The position numbers and the translations under genes are program-made. Below are positions 1 through 10,561 of a stretch of 64,000 nucleotides of DNA, in pieces. The DNA is from Candidatus Latescibacterota bacterium (lineage in GTDB: Bacteria > Latescibacterota > CBDEFO01). The DNA lies in contig CBDEFO010000006.1 in NCBI GenBank assembly GCA_965237525.1, positions 256,001 to 320,000 of the forward strand, given 5' to 3'. Each line of letters opens with the position of its first letter. The stretch's first letter is position 1. Under the pieces are notes generated by a model that was given only the letters and a program-made list of their open reading frames with translations, was not told the DNA's origin and ran no database searches.

Positions 1-25
1 TGCGTGACCACCGGTAATAGTGTAA

Positions 26-2224
26 TTAATAGACGACAGAGACAGTCCCGGTCTTAGTCTCCTCCTCTTCCTGAGCCTCTACCGATATGTGATAGACATA
101 TATCCCCGGCGGAACAAGATTATCCTTGTTGTCTTCCCCATCCCAATGCCGGGTATATTGTCCTACGGAGTCGTTCCCAGAATAGACTGTCTTTATAAAG
201 ACACCGGAAAGATCGTATATATCGATTGAGACAGGAACAGAGGCAGTCAGCCTCAAAATGGTATAAGATATGTTCAGTACATCATTGACACCGTCGCCAT
301 TGGGTGTAAAGGGATTTGGAGAGACCTCTGCTGAGGACAATATCGATTCGGCCAAAGACGTTATCACCGTAAGGACATCGCTTTCGATCTCATCTGCCAC
401 GTTGCCCGGCATGATCCTCTGACGAACTTCGTGAGGCTTTGCGCTGTCGAACACCCTGCCGTCAAAAAAGGTCCCGCGCTCCCTCAAAACAGGAGCTTGG
501 AAGACCACTTCAACAATTTCTCCGCTGTTTCCTATATCCAACTTCCCAGGTAATGTGACCTCAAAGCCAGAGCCGTCTTCCTTTATCATCCAGGTGAAAT
601 CGTCCTGATTGATTCCATCTACTCGAAGCGAATCCACCGAAGTAACCCCATAAGGTGTGGTGATCTCCAAGCTGTCGAATCCTTTATCCACAGCTGCCAT
701 CGTTGCAGAGACAAAATAGCTGAACTTGTGTGTTACCTTCCCTATTTCGACCTCCACAGGGAAGATCTCACCTACTATCTCTCGAGCCGCAGGAGGCACA
801 GAGGCCTTAAACTGTAAATACTCGATCCGGCTGCCATCGTTACCTTCGGAGGTAAAACCCACGCCGATCTGAAAGAATCTGCGGGGACCAGGAGAGGCGA
901 TAGCCTCTCCCGGACTTTCAAACTTGTAAGGTGCAGACCAGAAGCTCCAGTTTTCCGCATCGTAAGTCACTGGACCCCTAAAACTTTTGGGGAGTTTGTC
1001 GTACTCACTTTTGTACTCCTCTTGGCTGAGGTCTTTCCCCCCCTTTTCGGGAGGCAAAACTACCGACGTTTGCTGCTCAGGGTTAAGTGTCCAGTAGACG
1101 TTCGGATGACGATCTGTCCCGCTCCTGGTTCGGATCCTAGCCTCGGCCTTGGGATCACTACTGCCAGACCAGGTGATCTCGCCGAAACTGCCGATGTCGT
1201 CCAACTCAATTATGTCAGCTATATAAGAGGCTTCATCTACAAAGCCCTGTCCCAAGACCTCAAACTCGGCGATCTCTATCGTCTTCAAATTTGGGGTATA
1301 GATCAACAACGCGACATAAGAGATTTTCTCCGGAGGATCAAGCGGTATTATAACTTCAGGAAATAGATTTTCAACGCGCTCATGACGTGCACTGGCGCCA
1401 GATGGAAATCCAGATTGACCTCTACTGCCTGGGTGAGTGTACTTGGCAAACTGTCGGAAACTCGGGATGTAACCCGTTCCTCGACAATAGTGGGTCTCGA
1501 TGAAATCCTGCGGGCGGCCAAGGCTGGTACCCAATTCGTAGTCCTGTATGAAGTGAGTCTCATATTCCTCACCCTCTGGGGATGTTCCTTCACGAGTGTA
1601 GAATCTTACTTTATTGACGACAAATATTCCGCCTAAGTTAATAACTATCCGGTGAGGCGCATGATGACATCTTGCGCCGCCTCTTTGCTCCCCCGCGGGC
1701 GCCGGCCAAGGCCACACAAAAGCCGTGGTCGGATCCCCATCTATCATGTTATTCCCAATGTTGCCTTCGATTCCATATCCCTGATGGATGCCTAGCCTCT
1801 CATAGGATTGGGTACCTTCGGCTATCCATCCTCCTCTGTCCAGAGCCGTTGCGGCTATGCTCTCACCCTCCCTGATAAACTTGGGTTGAATTGAGCCGGC
1901 ATCCGCCACTTTCAGAGAGTCCTCATCCAGGTTCTCCCTGAACTCAGATGCATCTTTGTTCAACCAGCTGATCTCAATGATCTCCTTGTCCCCGAACCCT
2001 ATCCCCTTTAGACTGTCCCTTTCTGCAGGTGAAAAGGGCTTTCCGATTCTATAGATAATCGCAGAGGATGCGTCATCTAAAAAGATGGTGGTGACCATCA
2101 AAGCAAGCAGAATCAACCCTGACAGCTTACATAAAATACTACCCATTCTTGCACACCAAGACATTTTTATCACCCCATTGGAGGTTAATCGGTCTGACTT
2201 CCCGTGATTAAAGGAGTTTGACAT
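26..2224 (-). CDS. Large secreted protein with C-terminal FlgD-Ig-like domain
   Basis: 732-aa ORF; N-terminal hydrophobic segment; C-terminal motif SPNPFTPNGDGVND...IYDLSG...WDGED...VPPGIYVY; paralogous to the upstream gene. Confidence 0.8.
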   Translation of the reverse strand: MSNSFNHGKSDRLTSNGVIKMSWCARMGSILCKLSGLILLALMVTTIFLDDASSAIIYRIGKPFSPAERDSLKGIGFGDKEIIEISWLNKDASEFRENLDEDSLKVADAGSIQPKFIREGESIAATALDRGGWIAEGTQSYERLGIHQGYGIEGNIGNNMIDGDPTTAFVWPWPAPAGEQRGGARCHHAPHRIVINLGGIFVVNKVRFYTREGTSPEGEEYETHFIQDYELGTSLGRPQDFIETHYCRGTGYIPSFRQFAKYTHPGSRGQSGFPSGASARHERVENLFPEVIIPLDPPEKISYVALLIYTPNLKTIEIAEFEVLGQGFVDEASYIADIIELDDIGSFGEITWSGSSDPKAEARIRTRSGTDRHPNVYWTLNPEQQTSVVLPPEKGGKDLSQEEYKSEYDKLPKSFRGPVTYDAENWSFWSAPYKFESPGEAIASPGPRRFFQIGVGFTSEGNDGSRIEYLQFKASVPPAAREIVGEIFPVEVEIGKVTHKFSYFVSATMAAVDKGFDSLEITTPYGVTSVDSLRVDGINQDDFTWMIKEDGSGFEVTLPGKLDIGNSGEIVEVVFQAPVLRERGTFFDGRVFDSAKPHEVRQRIMPGNVADEIESDVLTVITSLAESILSSAEVSPNPFTPNGDGVNDVLNISYTILRLTASVPVSIDIYDLSGVFIKTVYSGNDSVGQYTRHWDGEDNKDNLVPPGIYVYHISVEAQEEEETKTGTVSVVY

Positions 2225-2339
2225 CAGGATTCCCTCCCTTCAGGTAAAAGCCCAGTATCGCATCAAAATAGTATGCACAAGTTTATAGGGATCCTAAATA
2301 GCAGCCAATACACAGGGAGAGGCAACCTAAGTCAGATTG

Positions 2340-2420
2340 CTTCGCCCACTTCGCGGTTTGCTGGCACTTTGTCCCCCAGCAAAAAGGGGCCCCAGCAGTG
2401 CGCGAGGTGCCCACGCCGCC
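2340..2420 (-). repeat. Degenerate partial copy of the 37942-38043 segment of the candidate ncRNA
   Basis: Same order of blocks on the + strand in both: cttcgcccact, cactt, ccccc, aaaaagg, gcgcgaRgtgcccacRccgcc (19/21 identical in the last block). Confidence 0.7.
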
Positions 2421-2461
2421 GAATGCCCGATTGAGCCTATCGGGGATCGGGGGCTACTTGC

Positions 2462-5236
2462 TTAATATGCAACCTGTACTAACCGGTTGACTGAAGTATC
2501 TTCAGCAGAATCTGAATCGGTGTCAACATTAATCCTTATAACATATATACCAGGAGTGACTAACCCTCCTGACTTATCAACGCCATCCCAGATCACTGCA
2601 TCGTCTTTTTTATATGCCCCCGAAGAAAGAGAGTCATTCAGCAACTCAACAACTATATTGCCGCTAAGATCGTATATCTGCACCTGCACAGGAGTTGATA
2701 ACCCCACACGCAACAGTAAAAAGCTTATCGACGTCTTATCGTTAATCCCGTCTCCATTGGGTGTAATTATCTTAGGATCTACCTCAATAGCATCTAATAT
2801 CCTATTCCCCTCAAGGGCTAATACTACTGTCTTTTCGCTGTCTGTAACGCCATTAGCATCACCATCGTCCGTCCTCTGCCAGGAACCCTCTACGGATGAA
2901 TTGCCTATAGAACCATCGAAAAATGTGCTGAATCCGAATAACTGCGCTTCAAACTTGACCTCCAATAGAACATTACCTGTAGTCGTCTTTATACGACCCG
3001 GCAGCCGAACCCACAGTGAATCGGACTCAGGTCTGGATAAAACCTCAAAACCTTCGCTTTCATCTGTATAACTTTCATCAGGTTCCCTCAGATCGCCATC
3101 TATGATCATGTCTTCAATGCTTTCATCCTCCCACTTATTGACCTGCTTAAAGTTCATCCTGACTCCAGAAGGCGCCTCGATAAGGATCTCATCCAACCCT
3201 TTGCTCCTAAAATCAAACGTGGGGCGGATGAAAAAGGACAGTTCCTGCTTAATGCCTATCGAATCCAGACGGGAAGGTGTTACCTCTCCGATCACAGATG
3301 TGGCAACAGGGTCACCTGCCAAGAAATTAAGCCTCACTGAACGCAAAGTAGCAAATCGAAAAGGATCGTCCGTCAGAAAGGTAGCTCGGGTCATAACGTA
3401 TTTTCTGGGACTGGGAGATCTGAACCTGTCCCCCGAACGCACATAGGTCTCACTCCAGCCGCTCCAACCAGTTCCTGGGACTGTCTCAGTAACTATATCC
3501 CCCTTATTAAAACTGAAAAGCTTGGCATATGCTGCAAATGCGTTTTTCTCGTTCCCCGGGTGCAATTCTTTGGCTCTGGGATTGTCCCCTATCATCTTGA
3601 AGTAGTGTATTACCTGCTCGACCGTATCACCTGTCTTTGTCTGAATAAGCACATCTGTGCCTTCCGGCGTATCTGCATCCCACTCTATCGACGTCAGATT
3701 CTTTATCCCCGGCAGCTCAATGAAGGGGATACTCCCTTCAAATTTGATGGCATGAAGGGATGCGTCAAAGATAGATACGATCTGGGCCTCCGGCAAATAG
3801 CCCTCTCCGAATAATTGAATCTCCTTTATTGCGCCACGTCCTCCCCCTCCCGGTACCGGAAGCAGAGTCCAGGTAAGGGAGAAGAATTTAGCTTTGGAAG
3901 CCTCGAATTTGTGGTCGTGATATTTTATTTCAGCAAACTCCTCTCTTACGGAGGAACTCACCTCAGCCACAAACTTCCAGGCTAAGCTCCCGTCAGGAGT
4001 CCTGGAACCATCCGACAGCCTCATTGCGTAATTATCATCAAGCGTGCCCTGACCGAACACCCCCCCTAAATCCGTAATCATCCGAACGTTATCTAAAAAG
4101 AAGGCACCTCCAAGATCCATACGTAACTCGCGCTCAATTTGCACATCTTCCCGCGCCGGGTCGTTCTTATATTGATTCGCAATGTTGTACGCCGGGTTGA
4201 TCTTACCATCCACTACGTTCGGTTCGTTTGGGGCTTCAGTGCTCTCTAAAGTGCCGCCGCGATCTAATATGCCCAAAGCGATGTTGTCGCCAACTGACCA
4301 CACCTCCACCTCCGCCAACCTCGGCAACTCCCGACGGTAATGGACTACAGGCCCTCGTTTGCTCTCATCCTCTATAGCCTGCCAATACTCTAAGCCTTCC
4401 ACCAACCTCAACCTGCCTGTTGACTCTCGTCTGAAGTACTCTATATCTCCACGTTCGTCAGGCTCCAGACTTTCATATCCAGATTCGGTGACCCGCAGCC
4501 CCTTACCGTATCTGCTATCTGTTATTACCACGACCAAATATCTGATAACATCACCCGTGAAATCCCCGAGTACATCTGGAAAATCAGTGGGCGTCAGAAG
4601 AGTCATATCCACCTCAAAGACCCTCTCATCCAGGTTAGGCTGGTCCGTACTCAAGACCTTTCTGAATATAAACAGGTCAGGCCGACCAGGGAACGGCTCC
4701 CCTTGAGCCGTTAGGACCTTAAACTGCAAAAATGGATCTCCAAGATCCTCCCCCACGAACCTGAGAACGATCTTGGTGACAGATATAAGCTGCCCCAGAT
4801 CTATCTGCACCCACCAATTCTCTATAGGATCATCCATATCCGGTTCCCAGTAGGTGTCCAGATCACCATCCATAAGGTCGGCGGCGATTGAAGCGTTTGA
4901 ACCTGCCGCCTTTATGCCTCCTCCAAACTCAAATGCATTTGGGACAACGTCTATGCCGGGAACCCTCACCATCTGGCCATCTATCTCTATTTCTGTGCTC
5001 TTGCGCATGAACCCAGGTCTTACCCCCTCATCGGTGACCTGGATCGTCTTTGCAGCAGCCTTCCAGAAAGACCATTGCTCTTTCGAATCTATGACGACCT
5101 TGTTGCCGCCCGCGATCGAATATCCCTGACGCTCCACACGAACCTGAGCCTGCACACGAACAGGAAATAGCAAAAGTACCAAACTCATCATAAGAACCGC
5201 TTGGCAAGCACAACGTATAGTTCTAAGATCTCTCAC
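2462..5236 (-). CDS. Large secreted protein with discoidin-like segment and C-terminal FlgD-Ig-like domain
   Basis: 924-aa ORF; signal peptide ending VQA; LMDGDLDTYW...WWVQIDLG motif; ITPNGDGIND...WDGVD...PGIYVI tail. Confidence 0.8.
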   Translation of the reverse strand: MRDLRTIRCACQAVLMMSLVLLLFPVRVQAQVRVERQGYSIAGGNKVVIDSKEQWSFWKAAAKTIQVTDEGVRPGFMRKSTEIEIDGQMVRVPGIDVVPNAFEFGGGIKAAGSNASIAADLMDGDLDTYWEPDMDDPIENWWVQIDLGQLISVTKIVLRFVGEDLGDPFLQFKVLTAQGEPFPGRPDLFIFRKVLSTDQPNLDERVFEVDMTLLTPTDFPDVLGDFTGDVIRYLVVVITDSRYGKGLRVTESGYESLEPDERGDIEYFRRESTGRLRLVEGLEYWQAIEDESKRGPVVHYRRELPRLAEVEVWSVGDNIALGILDRGGTLESTEAPNEPNVVDGKINPAYNIANQYKNDPAREDVQIERELRMDLGGAFFLDNVRMITDLGGVFGQGTLDDNYAMRLSDGSRTPDGSLAWKFVAEVSSSVREEFAEIKYHDHKFEASKAKFFSLTWTLLPVPGGGGRGAIKEIQLFGEGYLPEAQIVSIFDASLHAIKFEGSIPFIELPGIKNLTSIEWDADTPEGTDVLIQTKTGDTVEQVIHYFKMIGDNPRAKELHPGNEKNAFAAYAKLFSFNKGDIVTETVPGTGWSGWSETYVRSGDRFRSPSPRKYVMTRATFLTDDPFRFATLRSVRLNFLAGDPVATSVIGEVTPSRLDSIGIKQELSFFIRPTFDFRSKGLDEILIEAPSGVRMNFKQVNKWEDESIEDMIIDGDLREPDESYTDESEGFEVLSRPESDSLWVRLPGRIKTTTGNVLLEVKFEAQLFGFSTFFDGSIGNSSVEGSWQRTDDGDANGVTDSEKTVVLALEGNRILDAIEVDPKIITPNGDGINDKTSISFLLLRVGLSTPVQVQIYDLSGNIVVELLNDSLSSGAYKKDDAVIWDGVDKSGGLVTPGIYVIRINVDTDSDSAEDTSVNRLVQVAY

Positions 5237-5409
5237 CGCCTGCCTCCTTTTATTAGTTGATCAAACCTAAAGCCCAGCTACATCTGTATCGCTTCCTCAA
5301 CCGCAGGCTAAGGATAGCTTTATGATTATGACTTGCTTTAGTGCAAAAAAGTTTCAAGCTGAATATTCGACATTAAAGATACAGCGAGAACTGTTAGGTG
5401 TCAATAGGA

Positions 5410-5777
5410 ATTGTGAGGATGATGGAACACAACGATTCTTTCGTCGAAATGGGTAAATGGTCCCTTAACTCTGGATGTGGTGCGCTTTTAATCCTTTTGT
5501 CCAATACCCCATCGCGCTTTCAGGCATGGAAAAGGCGGTCCCCGTAAGCTGTCCCGTTCCACGATGCACCCGCCGCTCTTGAGAACTCCAGGGAAAGAAC
5601 GTAATGATGGTGCCCGGTCCCACCAATTGTTGCCGCAGTAGAGATGTTAGGTGTAGGGATCGTCGAAGTTGACGGTCTTCTTTACCAATCGCAACCCTCC
5701 TCATAGAAAACGACATTTTCCCGCAAATCACCTGCAAGCGCCCGAACATAGTGAATCCCATCACCCCCCGTAGCCAT
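5410..5777 (-). pseudogene. Ring-cleaving dioxygenase (MhqO-like VOC family) remnant
   Basis: Fragments in different frames: GIHYVRALAGD, LRLVKKTVNFDDP, GPGTIITFFPW, GTGQLTGTAFSMP; frameshifts, a stop and 3' truncation. Confidence 0.75.
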
Positions 5778-5809
5778 GCGACTACCTCTTGTTCCATGCT
5801 TGGTTCTTA

Positions 5810-6160
5810 TCACTCCAGTGTCACAAAGATCGACCTACGGGGTTGATTGTTTACAATACGCGATCTGTGTCCGTATCCGGTCGTGTCTTCAGCCAGCAGG
5901 GTATCTCCGCCTCGGAAGCGGCGTTTGGTACCGTCGCCAACCTCTATCTCAACTTCGCCATCCAACATAATGATATACTGTCTTTGGGGCGCGTTGTGCC
6001 AGTCGTAGTCGTAGTCTGCATCATTTTCACGGAAGATAACGCCTGTTGCCAGATAGCGTTTCGACAGCTTACCGATCTGTCCAGCATCTTCCAGAGAGAT
6101 TTCGATATCTTCAAAATGCGAATGTCCATCTTGACCGGTATAGAGACGGGTTATTTGCAT
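5810..6160 (-). CDS. Cupin-domain protein
   Basis: MQITRLYTGQDGHSHFEDI...WHNAPQRQYIIMLDG...EDTTGYGH; start moved to the ATG behind a GAGG RBS. Confidence 0.85.
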   Translation of the reverse strand: MQITRLYTGQDGHSHFEDIEISLEDAGQIGKLSKRYLATGVIFRENDADYDYDWHNAPQRQYIIMLDGEVEIEVGDGTKRRFRGGDTLLAEDTTGYGHRSRIVNNQPRRSIFVTLE

Positions 6161-6481
6161 AATTTCCTCAGCCTGTTCGTAAGTCCCATTATTGATTGTA
6201 GATCTTGCCGCTCTGTCAAAGGGAGCGGTACGCCATCTAAGAGCCCCGGTTCCGAACTGCACCCCCCAGTTTCCCCATAATTGTATGGATGCAGCCCCAG
6301 AAAGTCAAGAACAATTCCCCCGCAATCAAACAATCCGCCTTGGCACAGCTTAGTCTGTTGCGGTTATCCCTTTACGCCCCTTCGTTAGTTGGGCGATCGA
6401 ATAACATACGGTGCCAAAGCTAGTACTCTTAAGTGTCCCGAGTTTAGAGGATCTGTCTGAGACGATTCCATTCCTTTTTCG

Positions 6482-6510
6482 TTGACTTAGAAAGAAATAC
6501 ACTATATATT
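6482..6510 (+). promoter_or_regulatory. sigma70-type promoter
   Basis: TTGACT-17 bp-TATATT upstream of the aldolase/deacetylase/TPP-enzyme cluster. Confidence 0.55.
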
Positions 6511-6800
6511 TTCTGAGTCACGTACGCGAGAATCGCAACATCCATTTATTGCAATCCAAAAGTCGGACACATTTTCAGGCTATTGCTCTAGGCTCGATCC
6601 CCAACCCCAAATAGATTCAATTGGGGATTGAGCCTTAATGAGTTCTTTCATATGCAGCTTTAAACTCAGCAGATGTCAGATAACTGAGCGCTCTTGCTAC
6701 CAATTGCTCGTTCAAACTCTGAGAAAGTTCATATTCTCTTGTCGCTCAGGTACAAACATCGATCCAGACCACCGGGTCATCTGACAAGGAGACTCCGAAA

Positions 6801-7578
6801 ATGCCCTCAGACGAGCCATATATTACCAACATAGCAAAGCAGCAACTGAAGGAAGACAAACCTCTATTTGTGTTTCAGGTCTGGGAGCTGACCCGGCCGG
6901 TTGCGGCAAAAATATCGGCTCAGGCGGGCTTCCACATGATAGCTGTGGAATCAGAGCACGAACTGCACAACGGGAAGACACTCACCGACTTTATCGTGAC
7001 AGCCAACGACAATGGGCTCGCCGTGATGGTAAGCGCGCCGACGATCGAGAGACACTTCATCTCCCGGATTCTGGACGCCGGGGCTCTGGCCATCATGCTG
7101 CCTCACGCCGAGACTCCCGAGCAGGTCGAGCAGCTTGCCGGCTGGATGAAGTATCCCCCCGTGGGCGGGAGGGCGGTTTCCTTCGGCCCAAACAGCGACT
7201 TTCAGATACCTGACGTGGCCCGATATTGCGAGCAGGCAAACGACGCGACAATGATCATATTAAAGATTGAGTCTGCAAAGGGCATCCAGAACGCTGAAGC
7301 CATGATGTCCACAGGATGGGTTGACGGGATCGTATTTGGTCAGGTGGATCTGACGGTAGACTGGGGTGTCCCGGGGCAGCTCGATCACCCCGAGATAGCG
7401 GCTGCGGTCGACAACGTGTCCAAGATGGCCATGTCGCATCGCGGTGGCAGGCAGTGCGTCGGACCGCGCTTCCTACGAACGCGAGCGCGCACGCGGAGCC
7501 CAGATCTTCTTTGTGCCGAGCGAGCTGGATATCATCCGTAAGGCGGCGTTTGAGTTCATGGATATGGTCCGCAGTTGA
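6801..7578 (+). CDS. HpcH/HpaI aldolase family protein, frameshifted near the C-terminus
   Basis: ILDAGA..IMLPHAETPEQV, KYPPVGGR, KIES, VFGQVDL motifs; plausible true C-terminus (..RARGAQIFFVPSELDIIRKAAFEFMDMVRS*) lies in another frame after ~7445. Confidence 0.75.
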
Positions 7579-7606
7579 GATTTCTTTTCACAAGGAGAAC
7601 AATCAA

Positions 7607-8473
7607 ATGAATCCACCGAGTGTACCCGACAAGCTGCGATTGCTCTCTGTTGTCGCGCATCCACATGATATTACCTACACACTTGGGACCTCTGCTCATC
7701 ACATTGAGCGGGGCGATACCCTAACTGCTGTCTCCCTGACCGACGGCGTCAGCACCCACGATGAAGAACTGGCAGACGAGCTTCGCAAGCCGCCCGGGGA
7801 ACGACGACAGGAGATCCTGCTGAGGACCCGCGCAGAGCAGGCTGAAGCCAAACAGAAGGAGATGACCGAGGTATGCGGCGTGTTCGGCATCACCGACGTC
7901 CGCATATTGCCGTTTGCCGATAATCCCATTGACGCCACGAAGGAACTGTATCGCTGGCTGGGCGATATCTTTTACGACATTCGGCCCCATATTGTGATCA
8001 CCCATGCGCCTTATAATCCTCCCGAACGGGGCCATATAAGTCTCCAGAATAACGACCACGCCGCGGCTGGTCAGATAGTCCAGCGGACAATGCAAGCCGT
8101 CTCCCAGCCGGATCCGCAACGCAAAAAGGAGCCGCATCGGGTGGCTCAGCTTTACTACATTGGTGTTGAATTTGGGCACAACGAGATCGACTTACTCGTA
8201 GATATCTCAGATCAAGTGGCTAATCGCATAAAGGCAGAGGCGCTTTATGAGACCCAGGGTCACACCCCAGAGTTGGCCCGCAAGAGAATCGAGAGTTTCG
8301 CGGGGTATGCCGGCTGGTGGGGTCATGCTGCGTACGCCGAACCGTATATTCGGGGCCAGAGGGAGGTCAGCAATTATCTGACCGTTTCCGACAACGACCT
8401 GTTGGATGCCCAAAGGTCAAGCAAAGAGACTCTGGCAAGTATAGCTCAAATGGCTCGTCCCCACGACGCCTGA
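7607..8473 (+). CDS. PIG-L/LmbE family deacetylase
   Basis: VVAHPHD metal motif, SLTDG, IRPHIVITH, NDH; AAGGAG RBS before ATG 7607. Confidence 0.8.
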   Translation: MNPPSVPDKLRLLSVVAHPHDITYTLGTSAHHIERGDTLTAVSLTDGVSTHDEELADELRKPPGERRQEILLRTRAEQAEAKQKEMTEVCGVFGITDVRILPFADNPIDATKELYRWLGDIFYDIRPHIVITHAPYNPPERGHISLQNNDHAAAGQIVQRTMQAVSQPDPQRKKEPHRVAQLYYIGVEFGHNEIDLLVDISDQVANRIKAEALYETQGHTPELARKRIESFAGYAGWWGHAAYAEPYIRGQREVSNYLTVSDNDLLDAQRSSKETLASIAQMARPHDA

Positions 8474-8639
8474 TCTATTCGGACACCCACTGGCGTTTGG
8501 CACGGATGAAGAAGGAACGCAAAGATATTGCAAAGCGACGGCGTTCGGGACAGGTGCAGCAGAAATTGCGGGCGTCAAGTAGAGAGCAGTAGAACTTCTT
8601 GTGGAAAAGATTAACCGATCAAAAAAAGAAAGGAAAATT

Positions 8640-10283
8640 ATGAAGGGCAAAGCCGCCGTTGTAAATATCTTGAAGCAGGAGGGCACAGAGTTTCTGTTCT
8701 GCTTTCCGCACAACCACCTCATAGATGCCGCAGCTTGCGTGGGGATCAGGCCCATACTAACCAGGACCGAACGGACGCTTGTGAACATGGCGGACGGATA
8801 TACGCGGGTTTTGAACGGCAGACTCACAGGCGTATGCGCAGTGCAACACGGACCCGGCGCTGAAAACGCCTTTGCGGGCGTGGCGCAGGCCTTCTCAGAC
8901 TCCATACCGATCCTGATGCTTCCGGGCCAATTCGCGCGACACAGGTTGGGCGTGCATCCCCACTTCGATGGGGTGCAAAGCTACGCAGGGATTACAAAGT
9001 GGGCGGCCCAGATCAACTATGCAGATCGCGTCCCGGAGCTTTTGAGACGGGCTTTCACCCTGCTCAGGAACGGAAAGCCCGGGCCGATTGTGTTGGAGAT
9101 ACCAATAGACGTGATGGATGAGGAATTCGACGACTCCGCGCTGGACTATAGCCCAGTCAGGAGAGCAAAGACCCTAGCGGATCCGGAAGATGTGAAGGAA
9201 GCGGTCAGAGCACTGCTCTCAGCAAAGAATCCCGTCCTCCACGTCGGACAGGGCGTCCTCTGGGCAGAGGCGTGCGATGAACTAATTCGGTTTGCAGAAC
9301 TGGTCGGCACCCCTGTGATGACAACGCTGGCCGGGAAGAGCGCCTTTCCCGAGAATCATCCCCTCTCCGCCGGGATGGTAGCGAATACCAGAACTAAACC
9401 TGCCGCTCATTTTCTGCAAAAAGCTGATTTAGTGTTCGGGATCGGTTGCAGCTTCTCGAAGGCGCCGCTGACTGCACCTATCCCCCCTGACAAGGTAATG
9501 GTCCAGGTGACCATAAACGAACTAGACATCAACAAAGACTATCCGATAGACCACGCCGTGGTAGGCGACGCGAAGTTGGTACTCGAGCAACTGATAGCTG
9601 AGGTCAAGAATCAGGCAGGGGAGCGAGGCAAAAGGGGGAACGACGCTGTGGTTCAGGAAATAAAAGCCATCAAGGACGAATGGCTTGAGGAGTGGATGCC
9701 GAGGCTGACATCATCCGAAGTCCCCATCAACCCGTATCGCGTGATCTGGGATTTGATGCATACCATAGACCGGAAAAACACGATTGTGACGCACGACTCC
9801 GGCAATCCAAGAGACCAGATGGCCCCGTTCTTCGAGGCGATCGCACCCAGGGGCTACCTCGGCTGGGGAAAATCGACTCAGCTGGGCTACGGCCTCGGCC
9901 TTGCGATGGGGGCAAAGTTGGCAGCGCCGGATAAGATGGTGGTCAACTTTATGGGCGACGCCGCCTTCGGAATGGCGGGGATGGACTTTGAGACTGCTGT
10001 GAGAGAGAAGATCCCGATTTTGACGATTATCGTGAACAACTCTGCGATGGGTGGATACGAAACATATCTCCCGAATGCGACCGAGCGCTACGGCACCAAG
10101 TTCCTATCCGGAAATTACACCAAAGTCGCCGAAGGACTGGGAGGCTACAGCGAGAGGGTGGAAAAGCCGGACGACATCATCCCGGCGATCCATCGGGCCA
10201 AAAAGGCGACGGAATCCGGACGGCCCGCGCTCCTTGAAGTAATCACAAGAGAGGATCCAGTGTTTTCAAAGTACGAGCATTAA
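8640..10283 (+). CDS. Thiamine pyrophosphate-dependent enzyme (acetolactate synthase-like family)
   Basis: MADGYTR, GPGAEN, GDAAFGM...NN TPP-binding motif. Confidence 0.9.
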   Translation: MKGKAAVVNILKQEGTEFLFCFPHNHLIDAAACVGIRPILTRTERTLVNMADGYTRVLNGRLTGVCAVQHGPGAENAFAGVAQAFSDSIPILMLPGQFARHRLGVHPHFDGVQSYAGITKWAAQINYADRVPELLRRAFTLLRNGKPGPIVLEIPIDVMDEEFDDSALDYSPVRRAKTLADPEDVKEAVRALLSAKNPVLHVGQGVLWAEACDELIRFAELVGTPVMTTLAGKSAFPENHPLSAGMVANTRTKPAAHFLQKADLVFGIGCSFSKAPLTAPIPPDKVMVQVTINELDINKDYPIDHAVVGDAKLVLEQLIAEVKNQAGERGKRGNDAVVQEIKAIKDEWLEEWMPRLTSSEVPINPYRVIWDLMHTIDRKNTIVTHDSGNPRDQMAPFFEAIAPRGYLGWGKSTQLGYGLGLAMGAKLAAPDKMVVNFMGDAAFGMAGMDFETAVREKIPILTIIVNNSAMGGYETYLPNATERYGTKFLSGNYTKVAEGLGGYSERVEKPDDIIPAIHRAKKATESGRPALLEVITREDPVFSKYEH

Positions 10284-10471
10284 GGCCTACCACATCTTGC
10301 ATCTATTACCAATATCCTACCGCTTTGTATCCTGCAAGTAGAGATCGAGCCTATCGGGGATCGAGGGCTGCTGACTGGGGCAGCCCCACGGGTCTGCCCC
10401 TACCTGATATGACCTTTCTCCTCTTCTGCTATAATCCAAGACAAAAATTTACATTTTTCTTAAAAAAGGGC

Positions 10472-10523
10472 TTGACATACAATATATAGTATTGTATATT
10501 ATCGACCGCACTACATATTGATC
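10472..10523 (+). promoter_or_regulatory. sigma70 promoter overlapped by tandem NrdR boxes
   Basis: TTGACA(10472)-17 bp-TATATT(10495); boxes atacaatatatagtat (10477-10492) and gcactacatattgatc (10508-10523), 31 bp apart, matching acaCwAtATaTwGtgt. Confidence 0.85.
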
Positions 10524-10561
10524 CCCGATTGCTTCTATCGGGGACTGGATAAGGAAAAGAG

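Noticed and set aside
6330..6396. Possible additional attC-like site ending GTTGGGC
   Set aside because: No clear RYYYAAC partner or internal complementarity could be established by eye.
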